This document shows positions 1 through 9,327 of a DNA stretch of 64,000 nt, in pieces (positions within the stretch are counted from its first letter, which is position 1; the number at the start of each line of letters is the position of its first letter). The position numbers and the translations under genes were made by a program. A model generated the notes under the pieces. It was given only the letters and a program-made list of their open reading frames with translations, was not told the origin of the DNA and made no database searches. Source of the DNA: Acidimicrobiia bacterium (GTDB taxonomy: Bacteria > Actinomycetota > Acidimicrobiia > Spongiisociales > UBA5794); contig DASWKR010000035.1 of assembly GCA_036396535.1 (NCBI GenBank), positions 128,944-192,943 of the forward strand, given 5' to 3'.

Positions 1-1408
1 GCGGCAAGGGCTCTGCGATGCTCCTGATCGAGCCGCCGGCAACACGCGTCGAGAGCACATCGCCCGAGGCGACGTCGATCGGGTCGGTGACGAGCCTGCC
101 GGCCTCCGTGGTGGTCACCGACCAGCCGCGCGCCAGGAGCCTGGTCGGGCTCTGCCCTTCCACCCGGCCGTGGATGTCTCCGAGTCTCGCAGTCGCTCTG
201 GCGATCCGTTCGGGTGCGGCCGCTGCCAGGCGTCTCCGCATGTCCGTGGCGGCAGTTCGCTCGATGCCGGCGCGACGGCCGGCAACCGCCACCACCGAGT
301 GCCCGGCGTCGGAGAGCCGCTCTCTGCTGGACCGCCCGGCGGCTCGGGTCGTCGTGGCGGCGCGGTGACGCACGGCACCGACCTCGACGATGGCTTGCGA
401 GATGCGGCGCCGCGCCGCGCCGGTCACCCGCGCCGCCCGATCATCGAGACGACGCTCCTCGGCACCGAGCACTCGCAGTGCCACCCGAGACACCTTGGCC
501 TCCCGATCTGCGAGCAGGGCAACGAAACCGGTGACGATGGATACGAGTCCCGCCGCGCAAGCGGTTGGCGTCTTGAACGACCTGGCGGCGACGCGATCGA
601 GAACCGTCTCGTCGACCTCGTGGCCGATCCCGGTGAAGACCGGCCGCCGACAGGCAGCCACTGCCCTGGCGATCGCTTCACCGTCGAACACGGCGAGGTC
701 GGTCTGCGCCCCTCCTCCGCGGACGATGGCGATCACGTCGACGGGTCGGCCCGACAGCGTCGCCAGGCCCGCCAGGATCGACTGCTCGGCCTCCTGGCCC
801 TGCACCCTGACGTCGACCGGCTCGACGCACCAGGCAAACCCGCTCGCCGCCAGCTCGTCCACGAAGTCGGCGTATGCCGCACTCCCCACGCTGGTGAGCA
901 GCCCGACGCGCAGCGGCACCAGCGGCACGGGGAGGGCGGCATTGGAGTCGACCAGCCCTTCGGCCGCCAGTGCTCGCATGAGCTGATCCCGACTGGTCGC
1001 CAGCCGCCCGAGCGTGTATTCGGTGTCGATCCACGTCATGCGCAATTGCACCGTGCCGCGGGCGGCGAAATGGCCGAGCGAGCCCCTGATGCGCACCGCG
1101 ACGCCGTCCGTCATCCTCATCGCCCCGGAGCGGTTGAGCATGCGATTGACCGCCTCCTTGTCGGAGGCGAACAACGTCACCGGGAGGATGCTCTCGGGGA
1201 CACTGCCGGGCTCGCCCGCATCGGCGTCGACGAGTGTGAAGTAGACGTGGCCGGATGCGGCGCGCGTGATGTCGCGGATCTCCCCTTGGACCCAGACCTG
1301 CTCCGGGAATGCGCGTGCGACCACCCGGGCGATGGCCCGGTTCAGCTCCGGCACCGTGTAGGTCGGCTCGATCACGGAGGTGAAGGTAGTTGACGCGGCG
1401 GACACCAT
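1..1408 (-). CDS. xseA: exodeoxyribonuclease VII large subunit (C-terminus runs off the window start)
   Basis: Minus-strand frame absent from the ORF track because it has no in-window stop. Manual translation from the ATG at 1406-1408 gives MVSAASTTFTSVIEPTYTVPELNRAIARVV...QVWVQGEIRD (OB-fold N-terminus), an internal VDVIAIVRGGGA motif and the C-terminal LLARGWSVT...GDVLSTRVAGGSI pattern typical of XseA. Confidence 0.7.
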   Translation of the reverse strand, partial: MVSAASTTFTSVIEPTYTVPELNRAIARVVARAFPEQVWVQGEIRDITRAASGHVYFTLVDADAGEPGSVPESILPVTLFASDKEAVNRMLNRSGAMRMTDGVAVRIRGSLGHFAARGTVQLRMTWIDTEYTLGRLATSRDQLMRALAAEGLVDSNAALPVPLVPLRVGLLTSVGSAAYADFVDELAASGFAWCVEPVDVRVQGQEAEQSILAGLATLSGRPVDVIAIVRGGGAQTDLAVFDGEAIARAVAACRRPVFTGIGHEVDETVLDRVAARSFKTPTACAAGLVSIVTGFVALLADREAKVSRVALRVLGAEERRLDDRAARVTGAARRRISQAIVEVGAVRHRAATTTRAAGRSSRERLSDAGHSVVAVAGRRAGIERTAATDMRRRLAAAAPERIARATARLGDIHGRVEGQSPTRLLARGWSVTTTEAGRLVTDPIDVASGDVLSTRVAGGSIRSIAEPLP

Positions 1409-1469
1409 GACCCGGGGCCTCGCCGAGGAGGGTCGCGGAGTGTCGACCGGGCGGCACTAGGTTTCGAGC

Positions 1470-3521
1470 ATGTGGTCCAGGGTGCTCGGAAGGGTCAGGA
1501 CGGCTCTCTCATCCCTCGGTACGGCGCTCCAGCGGTTCATCGCGCTGAGGCCGCCCTACAGGGGGACGGCGGCATTCCTCGTCGCCGCCGTTGCGGTCGG
1601 CGTCCTCGTCGGCCTGGGCGCTTCGCTCCTCGTGACGGCGATCGAGGTGGTCGCCGACCTGTCCGGCGAGATCGGCGACGCACTCGGGTCGACCCGGCTC
1701 GCTCCCCTGCTGCTCGTGCCCCTCGGCCTCGTGGTGGCGTGGGCGATCGCGGCACGATTCGGCAAGGAGATCGAGGGCGACGGCGTGCCCGAGACGATGG
1801 TGGGGCTATCCCTCCATGGTGGCTACCTGCCGACCCGCTCGATCGGGGCCAAGATCGCGGCGACGGCGGCAACCCTCGGTTTCGGCGGATCGGCGGGCCG
1901 CGAGGGTCCCGTCGTGCAGGTCGGGGCGACCATCGGGTCGTCATTCGCCCGATACGCCCGGTTCGGCGACGACCAGATCCGCAGCCTGATCGCGGCGGGG
2001 GCCGGCGCCGGGATCGGTGCCAGCTTCAACGCGCCGATCGCCGGGATGCTGTTCGCAATGGAGGTCATCCTCGGCGGTTTCTCGGTACGCCACCTCAATG
2101 CCGTCGTCGTCGCCTCGGTCTCGGCGGCCGTCACGACCCGCACCCTCGTCGGCGAGGAACAGCTCCTGTCCGCTCCGGCGCACTCGCTCAAGGCACCCCA
2201 GGAGCTGCTTCTCTACGTGGCGCTCGGGCTGCTGGTCGCAGCCGTCTGTGTGCTGTTCCTACGCGCCATCGGCGCCGCTGGGAAGATGGCCGCGCGCCGG
2301 GTGGGGCGACCGTGGCGTCGACCAGTCATCGGCGGGCTGCTCGTGGCGGCGCTCGCCGTCGCCGAGCCCGACCTGCTGGGCACGGGCCAGGCGGTCGTCA
2401 CGTCGCTCGTCAGACTGACTGCGACCTCGGAGCTGCTGTGGGTGACACTCATCGCGGTGGCGATCGGCAAGACGGCCGCAGTGGCCGTCACCATCAACTC
2501 GGGAGGATCGGGAGGAGCCTTCATGCCGAGCCTCTTCGTCGGCTCTCACCTGGGAGCCGCCCTCGCTCTCCTCGTCGCACCGGTGTGGGGATTCTCCTCG
2601 CTCGATCCGGGCGCCTTCGCGGTCGTCGGCATGGCGGCGGCCTTCGCCGCCATGGGGAGGGCACCGCTCACGGCGATCCTGATCGTGTTCGAGATCACGG
2701 GCGACTACGGGCTGGTCCTGCCACTCATGCTCACGACCTCGCTGGCGACCTTCATCTCGGAACGGGTGCACCGCGACAGCGTCTACAGCCTGCCGCTCAC
2801 GAGGCGCGGCATCCATCTGCCGCGCCATGAGGACATCGACCTCCTCGACATGGTGACGGTGGGCGAGGTGATGTCCCCGGCGACGACGAAGCTGCGCCCC
2901 GGCATGAGCACGGCCGACGTGCTCGACGTGTTCACCAAGGAGCGCCATCACGGGTTGGCGGTCGCCGATGGCGAGCGCCTGGTCGGGTTGATCACCCTCC
3001 ACGACATCCAGCGGGCGGGCGGCGCCTCGGAGGACGTCCCCGTCGAGGAGGTGATGGTCGCCAGGCCCGTGACCGTGACCCCGTCGATGCCTGTGTCGGC
3101 GGCCCTGGCGAGGATGGCCGCCCTCGGGATCGGCAGGATGCCGGTGGTCGCCGAATCCGATGCCTCCCAACTCGTCGGCATGTTCCGGAGAGAGAGCGTC
3201 GTCAGGGCGTACCACCACGCTCTCGGGACCGCCACGGACCGCGGGGTGTACCGGGAGCGGCTCAAGGCCCGCCTGGCTCCCGGGGCGTCATTCTTCGAGG
3301 TGCCCGTTCCGGCGGGAAGCCCCGCAGCCGGCAAGGCGATTCGTGACTTGGTGTGGCCCGAGGACGCCACCCTGGTGTCGATCAGAAGGGGCGGATCCGT
3401 GCTCATTCCGCACGGTGACACCACGCTGTCGGTCGGGGACACGATCACCGCATTCGGCTCGGGGGACGCCAGGATCGACCTTGCCTTCGTGCTCGAGCCG
3501 AGCGACGATCCCGTCCGCTGA
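1470..3521 (+). CDS. ClC-family voltage-gated chloride channel with C-terminal CBS pair and TrkA-C (RCK_C) domain
   Basis: 683 aa with multiple TM helices, a GSAGREGP selectivity-filter-like motif and GxFxP-like segments. C-terminal CBS-like repeats are followed by an RCK_C-like ending (EVPVPAGSPAAGKAIRDL...ATLVSIRRGG). Confidence 0.8.
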   Translation: MWSRVLGRVRTALSSLGTALQRFIALRPPYRGTAAFLVAAVAVGVLVGLGASLLVTAIEVVADLSGEIGDALGSTRLAPLLLVPLGLVVAWAIAARFGKEIEGDGVPETMVGLSLHGGYLPTRSIGAKIAATAATLGFGGSAGREGPVVQVGATIGSSFARYARFGDDQIRSLIAAGAGAGIGASFNAPIAGMLFAMEVILGGFSVRHLNAVVVASVSAAVTTRTLVGEEQLLSAPAHSLKAPQELLLYVALGLLVAAVCVLFLRAIGAAGKMAARRVGRPWRRPVIGGLLVAALAVAEPDLLGTGQAVVTSLVRLTATSELLWVTLIAVAIGKTAAVAVTINSGGSGGAFMPSLFVGSHLGAALALLVAPVWGFSSLDPGAFAVVGMAAAFAAMGRAPLTAILIVFEITGDYGLVLPLMLTTSLATFISERVHRDSVYSLPLTRRGIHLPRHEDIDLLDMVTVGEVMSPATTKLRPGMSTADVLDVFTKERHHGLAVADGERLVGLITLHDIQRAGGASEDVPVEEVMVARPVTVTPSMPVSAALARMAALGIGRMPVVAESDASQLVGMFRRESVVRAYHHALGTATDRGVYRERLKARLAPGASFFEVPVPAGSPAAGKAIRDLVWPEDATLVSIRRGGSVLIPHGDTTLSVGDTITAFGSGDARIDLAFVLEPSDDPVR

Positions 3522-3537
3522 CAGCCGCCGCCGCCCG

Positions 3538-4755
3538 CTACAAGGCGCCGAGCGCCGCGACCACGCGATCGACCTCGCTCGGCGTGTTGTAGTGGGCGAG
3601 CCCGACCCGGACGAGACCCCCGCTGTCGAGAACGCCTAGGTGTCGCATCACCTCGAGGGCGTAGTAGTGGCCGTGCCACACGAAGATCCCCTGGCGGCCG
3701 AGGGCCCGCGCCACGTCTTGGGCGCTCCTCCCCTCGACCCCGATGGCGAACGTCGGTGCCCTCCCCTCCATCGTCGGTGCGCCGTACAGGCGAACGCGCC
3801 GCAATCCCGCCACCCCGTCGACGAACCGGTCACCGAGCGCCGTTTCGTGACCCCGTATGGCAGCCATCGCACCGACGAGGGCGGGTCGCCGCCGACCGGG
3901 CGGTCCGTGTGAGGCGAGGTAGTCGATCGCCGCGGTGACGCCGGCGAGGCTCTCGAAGCTCTGCGTTCCCGTCTCCCACTTGCCGGGCGGGTCGGAAGGG
4001 GCAGGCCGAATCCTGACGGCCGGCACGGAGGCGAGCAATGCCAGCTTCCCGTAGAGGATGCCCGTGTGGGGCCCGAAGAATTTGTACGCCGACGCCACCA
4101 AGAAGTCACAGTCGCTCGCCGCAACGTCGATCAGCCCATGCGGGGCGTGATGGACGGCATCCACGTACACGAGGGCACCAACCTCGTGGGCACGCTCGAC
4201 GACTCCTGCGACATCGACGATCGTGCCGATCGCATTGGACGCATGGGTCACGGCGACGAGCCGGGTGCGGTCGTCGAGCACGCTGTCGAACATGGCCGGC
4301 GTCAGTGACCCGTCGGAGGCATCGAAGTCGACGAAGCGGACCGTGGCACCTGCGTGCTCCGCTGCGATCAGCCACGGCGACACGTTGGCGTCGTGGTCGA
4401 GCCTCGTCACGACGATCTCGTCTCCGGGCCGCCAAGTGGCGGCGAGCGCCCTGCTAACCGACAGCGTGATGCTCGTCATGTTCTGGCCGAAGGCGATCTC
4501 GCTCGAAGACGCCGCGCCGAACAGATCGGCCGCAGCGGTTCGGGCCTCTTCGACCGCCGCCTCCGTCTCGGTGCTCGTCACGAACGGGCCTCCGAGGTTC
4601 GACCCCCCGCGCCGCATGAAGGCACTCATCGCCTCGATCACGGTCTCGACGACCTGGGTGCCTCCCGGGCCGTCGACGTAGACGGCTGGGACACCGTCCA
4701 CGAGACGCGCCAGAGCCGGGAATCGTGACCGAACCGCGGCGACGTCGAAGCCCAT
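3538..4755 (-). CDS. aminotransferase class V-fold PLP enzyme, cysteine desulfurase-like family
   Basis: 405 aa. SAYKFFGPHTGILYGK matches the PLP-lysine region of the cysteine desulfurase-like (NifS/CsdA-related) family, and the overall fold-type I pattern fits. Confidence 0.65.
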   Translation of the reverse strand: MGFDVAAVRSRFPALARLVDGVPAVYVDGPGGTQVVETVIEAMSAFMRRGGSNLGGPFVTSTETEAAVEEARTAAADLFGAASSSEIAFGQNMTSITLSVSRALAATWRPGDEIVVTRLDHDANVSPWLIAAEHAGATVRFVDFDASDGSLTPAMFDSVLDDRTRLVAVTHASNAIGTIVDVAGVVERAHEVGALVYVDAVHHAPHGLIDVAASDCDFLVASAYKFFGPHTGILYGKLALLASVPAVRIRPAPSDPPGKWETGTQSFESLAGVTAAIDYLASHGPPGRRRPALVGAMAAIRGHETALGDRFVDGVAGLRRVRLYGAPTMEGRAPTFAIGVEGRSAQDVARALGRQGIFVWHGHYYALEVMRHLGVLDSGGLVRVGLAHYNTPSEVDRVVAALGAL

Positions 4756-4855
4756 TGGGGAGGGAACGTATCACGGCAGCCGGGGCCCCGAGAGGCAACC
4801 CGATTCGACGAGCGAGACACGCGGACGCGGCTCGCGGAGCGGGTACGGTGGCGGC

Positions 4856-6256
4856 ATGATCGTCCCGGTGATTCTCTCCGGAGGCAGCGGCACGCGCCTG
4901 TGGCCGCTCTCGCGGCCGGCGCACCCGAAGCAGCTGTTGGCGATGGTCGACGACCGGACGATGCTGCGAGCCACCATCGACCGACTCGTCGGGGTTGCCG
5001 AGGCCGCTCCACCCATCGTCGTCTGCAACGCCGACCACCATCACCTCGTCGCCACCGAGCTCGCCGCGGCGGGACACGACCCCGACCGGGTGGTGCTGGA
5101 GCCGATCGGCAGGAACACAGCACCCGCGCTGGCAGCCGCGGCTCTGCTCGTCGATGACCAGGCGTCGCTGCTGCTGGTGCTCCCGGCCGACCATGTCGTC
5201 GAGAACGAGCCCGCCTTCAGGGAAGCAGTTGCAGCCGGCGTGCCATTCGCCGAGGAGGGTCGCCTCGTCACGTTCGGGATCGTGCCTCGCAGCGCCGAGA
5301 CCGGCTACGGCTACATCGAGATGGGCGAGCCGCTCTCGGGATCCATCAGGGAAGTGGCCGCCTTCGTCGAGAAGCCGGATCTCGCCACCGCCGAGCGGTA
5401 CGTCGCCGGGGGCGATCACCTTTGGAACAGCGGGATGTTCCTCTTCAGAGCCGACCGATTCCTCGAAGAGCTCGAGAGGCGGCGCCCGGACATCGTCGCC
5501 GCAGTGCGCCATGCGGTGGCGGGCGCCGTGAGGGACAACGGCATCCACCTCGACGCCACCGCCTTCGGCTCCTCGCCGAGCGATTCGATCGACTACGCCG
5601 TCATGGAGCACACCGACGCCGCGGTGGTCGTTCCCCTCGATGCCGGGTGGAGCGACGTCGGGTCGTGGTTGGCTCTGTGGGAGCTGTCGAGCCCCGACTC
5701 CTCGGGAAACGTGACGATCGGCGACGTCATCGCGATCGACATGACCGGCTCGTACGTCAGGGCGGGAGGCCGGCTGGTCGCTGCCATCGGCTTGGACGAC
5801 GTGGTCGTGGTCGACACGCCGGATGCGCTGCTCGTGGCGGCCAAGGAACGCTCCCAGGACGTGAAGGGCGTCGTCGACCGTCTCCGAGCCGGCGACCGCC
5901 CCGAGGCGGAGCGCAACCGGCGAGAGCGACGCCCGTGGGGATCCTTCGAGGTTCTCGAGACGGGTTCGGGGTACCAGGTGAAGCGTCTCACCGTCTCGGC
6001 TGGTCGCAGGTTGTCTCTCCAGCGGCACCGCAATCGCGCCGAGAAATGGACTGTGGTCGCAGGAACTGGTGTCGTCACGGTCGACGAAGAGCGCACCGCC
6101 GTCTCGCGCGGTGACACGGTCTCGATCGACGTCGGCTCGGTCCACCGGGTGATGAACGATGGTGAGACGGACCTGGAGATCATCGAGGTGCAGGTAGGAA
6201 GCTATCTCGGCGAGGACGACATCGAGCGGCTCGAGGACGATTACGGAAGGAGCTGA
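4856..6256 (+). CDS. manC: mannose-1-phosphate guanylyltransferase / mannose-6-phosphate isomerase (type II PMI-GMP)
   Basis: N-terminus MIVPVILSGGSGTRLWPLSR is the nucleotidyl transferase motif; the C-terminal cupin segment GSYLGEDDIERLED is typical of ManC/CpsB/XanB. Confidence 0.85.
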   Translation: MIVPVILSGGSGTRLWPLSRPAHPKQLLAMVDDRTMLRATIDRLVGVAEAAPPIVVCNADHHHLVATELAAAGHDPDRVVLEPIGRNTAPALAAAALLVDDQASLLLVLPADHVVENEPAFREAVAAGVPFAEEGRLVTFGIVPRSAETGYGYIEMGEPLSGSIREVAAFVEKPDLATAERYVAGGDHLWNSGMFLFRADRFLEELERRRPDIVAAVRHAVAGAVRDNGIHLDATAFGSSPSDSIDYAVMEHTDAAVVVPLDAGWSDVGSWLALWELSSPDSSGNVTIGDVIAIDMTGSYVRAGGRLVAAIGLDDVVVVDTPDALLVAAKERSQDVKGVVDRLRAGDRPEAERNRRERRPWGSFEVLETGSGYQVKRLTVSAGRRLSLQRHRNRAEKWTVVAGTGVVTVDEERTAVSRGDTVSIDVGSVHRVMNDGETDLEIIEVQVGSYLGEDDIERLEDDYGRS

Positions 6257-6259
6257 CCC

Positions 6260-6709
6260 ATGCCTCAAACGATCGCAGCAGTCGTCGTCATCGCGCTCGT
6301 CTTCCTGGTGTTCGCCAGGCTCTCCTCCTCACGGACGAAGCGTGGCGGCGTCGACGCTCAGCCTGACCAGGTGCCGCTGCCCCGCAAGCCGGCATCGCGA
6401 CGGCAGCGCAAGCTCGAGGCTTACCGTGCGGCCAACCCCGATCCCGAGATCCCGTCCATCATCGAGTTGATGCAGCAGGAGGCCGAGGAGACCGGTGTCA
6501 ACGAGGTACCTGGGGGCGAGGGCATCCAGGTGCCCATCAAGCTGAGGGTCTGGAGACGCGACGCGCTCGTGCGAGAGGCGTGCACGACGGGGGTGCGGTT
6601 CGAGATCGCCGCCGGCGTCGAGCCCTCTGCGGCGACAGAGGACCAGGTCCACCTGATCTGCCTCGACCCACGATTAGGCGACAGCCCGAGAGACGATTCC
6701 GGGAACTGA
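6260..6709 (+). CDS. hypothetical protein with N-terminal TM anchor
   Basis: 149-aa ORF starting 4 nt after the manC stop. Has a hydrophobic N-terminus (IAAVVVIALVFLVF); no family recognised. Confidence 0.4.
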   Translation: MPQTIAAVVVIALVFLVFARLSSSRTKRGGVDAQPDQVPLPRKPASRRQRKLEAYRAANPDPEIPSIIELMQQEAEETGVNEVPGGEGIQVPIKLRVWRRDALVREACTTGVRFEIAAGVEPSAATEDQVHLICLDPRLGDSPRDDSGN

Positions 6710-6750
6710 TCGGCGCTCGGCGGCGTTTCAGATAGGAGTCAAGGACGAAC

Positions 6751-6782
6751 GTGAGGTCCCGGACCTCCCACCGGGACCTCAC
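6751..6782. terminator. perfect 12-bp stem hairpin (GTGAGGTCCCGG-N8-CCGGGACCTCAC) downstream of 6260..6709
   Basis: Inverted repeat read directly from the sequence. No U-tract follows, but high-GC genomes often lack one. Confidence 0.4.
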
Positions 6783-6805
6783 CTTCTCTCAGGCTCTTTC
6801 CCTTC

Positions 6806-6868
6806 CAACGCCCCTCTCTGAGGGGCGTTGTCGCGGGCAACACCCCTTTCTGGGGGCGCGTTGCCCGC
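6806..6868. repeat. two further related hairpins (CAACGCCCC-loop-GGGGCGTTG and GCGGGCAACACCCC-loop-GGGGGCGCGTTGCCCGC)
   Basis: Tandem stem-loops sharing a CAACnCCCC/GGGGnGTTG core in a 360-nt intergenic region. Possible REP-like element or small structured RNA. Confidence 0.3.
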
Positions 6869-7072
6869 GTCACGGCCCTGGAACCTGGTTGGTCCCTGGG
6901 AAAAACAGGAAGGCCCCGATGAGGGCGGCACCGATCCCTACGACGGCGACCACCACGAAAACGACCGAGATGAACGTCGCCAGCCGATCGTGACGGGGTG
7001 TCGCATCGCTCACGACCGGCAGGGTACCGGCCCCACCCGGCGGCACCGGCACCGGGTATCGTCGCGGCTCTG

Positions 7073-8542
7073 ATGGAGGATCTCATGCAGTTCTGCGCGC
7101 ACTGTGGGACGGCACGAGCCGACGACGCGAGGTTCTGCGAAGCCTGCGGGAGCACGCTGGCGTTCGACGGCACGGCCGCCAACGAAGGCGAATGCGGCCG
7201 CTGCGCCTCGGGCCTCGCTCCTTGGTGGCGGTATTGCGCGAGGTGCGGCAACGAGACGCCCGTCGCCAATCTCTCTCGATCGAAACGCGTGGTCATCGAT
7301 GACCCGACGACTGCGCCGACGGAGGTCGAGGCGCCCCGCCGACAGGCGGAGCGCTTCGAACCGGTCGAGGCGCCGCGGCCTTCGGAGCACCTGCTTCCCG
7401 GCACGTTCGCCGACGTCGCCGACCGGCACGGAAGCCATCGGCGTCACCAGAGCGAGGTCGTCCGCGGCGAGATCGTCGACGAGCCGGGGGACCCCGAGTT
7501 GATCAGTCGCCAGCGAGATCCTCGCCCAGCTGCCGTGATCGATGACGAGGTCATCGAGTTGGAGAGGCTCGTCGAGGAGCATGATTGGAGCCCCCCGCTC
7601 GCGTCATCTCCCGGCGCGACTCCACCGGCCGAGCCGATTCAGGGTGGGATGCCGGCGGCCGAGGTGCCTCCCGGCGAAGCAGCCGACGCGGCGGCCGCCG
7701 TGATCCCGGAAGAGCCGCCCGCCCGGGGCGCACCCCGGCCGGAGGCTGCGGATCCCCGCACCATTGGCGCCCCCGAGCCGCAGCATGCCGTCGAGAACCA
7801 CGTCGGGGGGCCCGAGACGGAGGGACAGGGGTTGATCCCCCGACCCACCGGTCGGACGATCCCGGTGCAGCGGCCCGGCGTCGATCTGGCCCGCTACCGG
7901 GATCCATACGTGACCAGCAGGTTGGCCCAACTCGTTCTCCTCGCCGTCGCCACCCTGGCGACGACCGCGACGATCGGCCTCGTCGCCCTGAACAACCGAA
8001 TCGAGGATGTCGCCCGCCAGGTCCCCGAGGCTCTCGACGGAGCCGGCGACATCGCCGATCTGCTTGGTGTCTGGGTCATCCGCCCTCTGGCGGCTACGTC
8101 GGTCGTCGGACTCGTCGCCGTCATCGCGTGGACGTTCGTCGTCTACTCCAATCTCGTCGCCCTCGGCGTGAAGGACCTCAGGATCCCGAGAGGGGGCGCC
8201 GTCTGGGCTTGGGCCGTGCCCGGCTACAACCTGGCGATGCCGAAGCGCCTCATCGACGATGCATGGCGCGGCGCCGACCCGGAAGCGTGGCGAGATCGTG
8301 ACTGGCGGCTGCGGCAAGGGCTGATGTGGACCAACACATTCTGGTGGTCGCTGATGGCGGCGCTCGCCCTCTCCTTCGTGGGGTGGCGGCTCACGGGGTC
8401 GACGCCGGAGACGGCCCTCGACGCCAACGGGTGGGCCATCCTCAGCTACGGGTCGCTGATCGTGTCCTGCCTCGCCGGAGTGAGGATGATCTCGGCGACA
8501 TCGGCTCGCCAGAACGCGGCTGCCGAGGAAGCCCTGCGATGA
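7073..8542 (+). CDS. zinc-ribbon protein with C-terminal DUF4328 membrane domain
   Basis: N-terminal CxxC-x13-CxxC repeated twice (FCAHCG...CEACG; CGRC...CARCG). A proline/acidic linker follows, then a C-terminal domain with the DUF4328-like pattern VYSNLVALGVKDLRIPRGGAVWAWAVPGYNLAMPKRLIDDAW. Start could be ATG 7073 or ATG 7085, which is preceded by GGAGGA; the track's 6998 GTG is probably too far upstream. Confidence 0.6.
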   Translation: MEDLMQFCAHCGTARADDARFCEACGSTLAFDGTAANEGECGRCASGLAPWWRYCARCGNETPVANLSRSKRVVIDDPTTAPTEVEAPRRQAERFEPVEAPRPSEHLLPGTFADVADRHGSHRRHQSEVVRGEIVDEPGDPELISRQRDPRPAAVIDDEVIELERLVEEHDWSPPLASSPGATPPAEPIQGGMPAAEVPPGEAADAAAAVIPEEPPARGAPRPEAADPRTIGAPEPQHAVENHVGGPETEGQGLIPRPTGRTIPVQRPGVDLARYRDPYVTSRLAQLVLLAVATLATTATIGLVALNNRIEDVARQVPEALDGAGDIADLLGVWVIRPLAATSVVGLVAVIAWTFVVYSNLVALGVKDLRIPRGGAVWAWAVPGYNLAMPKRLIDDAWRGADPEAWRDRDWRLRQGLMWTNTFWWSLMAALALSFVGWRLTGSTPETALDANGWAILSYGSLIVSCLAGVRMISATSARQNAAAEEALR

Positions 8543-9084
8543 CGGGGCGGATCGTTGCAGTCTTCGGCGCCTCCGCCACCCATCCCCACCACGAGGACTG
8601 GGAGGCCGCGCATCGTTGCGGTGCTCTGCTCGCCGCCCGGGGCTTCACCGTTGCGACCGGAGGCTATGGAGGCATCATGGAGGCGGTTTCCTCGGGTGCG
8701 GCAGCTTCGGGAGGGCACGTCATCGGTGTCACGGCGCCCCTGGTCTTCCCCGATCGGCCGGGCGCCAACGCTCACGTCCTCGAGGAGCGGATGGCGGACA
8801 CCCTCCCTCAGCGTGTCGCCAGGCTGATCGAGGACAGCGACGCGGTCATCGCCCTCCCCGGCAGCATCGGCACGCTCACCGAGCTCGTGATGGCCTGGAA
8901 CACTGCATTCGTCACCCGTTTCTCAGGCTCGATGCCTCGACCCGTCGTCACCGTGGGCGACACGTGGACCCGCCTGGTCGCCCACATCGCCACCGAGCTC
9001 GCAACGGACAACGCCATCGTCCATTGTGTTGGCGACGTCGACGCAGCCGTCGCCTACGTCGTCGCCGCCACGGAGTCGGCTTGA
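8539..9084 (+). CDS. LOG-family protein (TIGR00730; cytokinin riboside 5'-monophosphate phosphoribohydrolase-like)
   Basis: ATG overlaps the upstream stop (ATGA). Motifs GGYGGIMEAV and PGSIGTLTEL match the LOG/SLOG signatures GGGxGxMG and PGGxGTxEE. Confidence 0.75.
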   Translation: MTGRIVAVFGASATHPHHEDWEAAHRCGALLAARGFTVATGGYGGIMEAVSSGAAASGGHVIGVTAPLVFPDRPGANAHVLEERMADTLPQRVARLIEDSDAVIALPGSIGTLTELVMAWNTAFVTRFSGSMPRPVVTVGDTWTRLVAHIATELATDNAIVHCVGDVDAAVAYVVAATESA

Positions 9085-9143
9085 AGGAGGCAGGGGGGCG
9101 CCTCCTACACTCGCCCGTCGCACAGCGAAGGGGAGACGCGACG

Positions 9144-9296
9144 ATGACGAGCGGCGGGTTCTACCTCGGAGCCGAGCCGGCAGACCTCAACGACAAGTGG
9201 GAGATGCGGGCGCTGGAAGCCGAGGACGTCGAGGTCGGGCTCGAGAAGGCCGACATCACGGTGGCCGAGGTGTCGATCGCCTGGATACCACGCTGA
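9144..9296 (+). CDS. small hypothetical protein (50 aa)
   Basis: ORF MTSGGFYLGAEPADLNDKWEMRALEAEDVEVGLEKADITVAEVSIAWIPR, preceded by GAAGGGGAG (SD-like) 7 nt upstream. Sits just 5' of the next gene. Confidence 0.3.
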   Translation: MTSGGFYLGAEPADLNDKWEMRALEAEDVEVGLEKADITVAEVSIAWIPR

Positions 9297-9327
9297 GCCC
9301 GATCGGCGCCGGTTAACCTCCCGGCAC

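Noticed and set aside
6870-7052. 60-aa minus-strand ORF with one hydrophobic helix (GTG start)
   Set aside because: No SD, and it overlaps the start region of the DUF4328 gene and the hairpin cluster. It cannot be excluded as a micropeptide, but the evidence is weaker than for 44979..45071.
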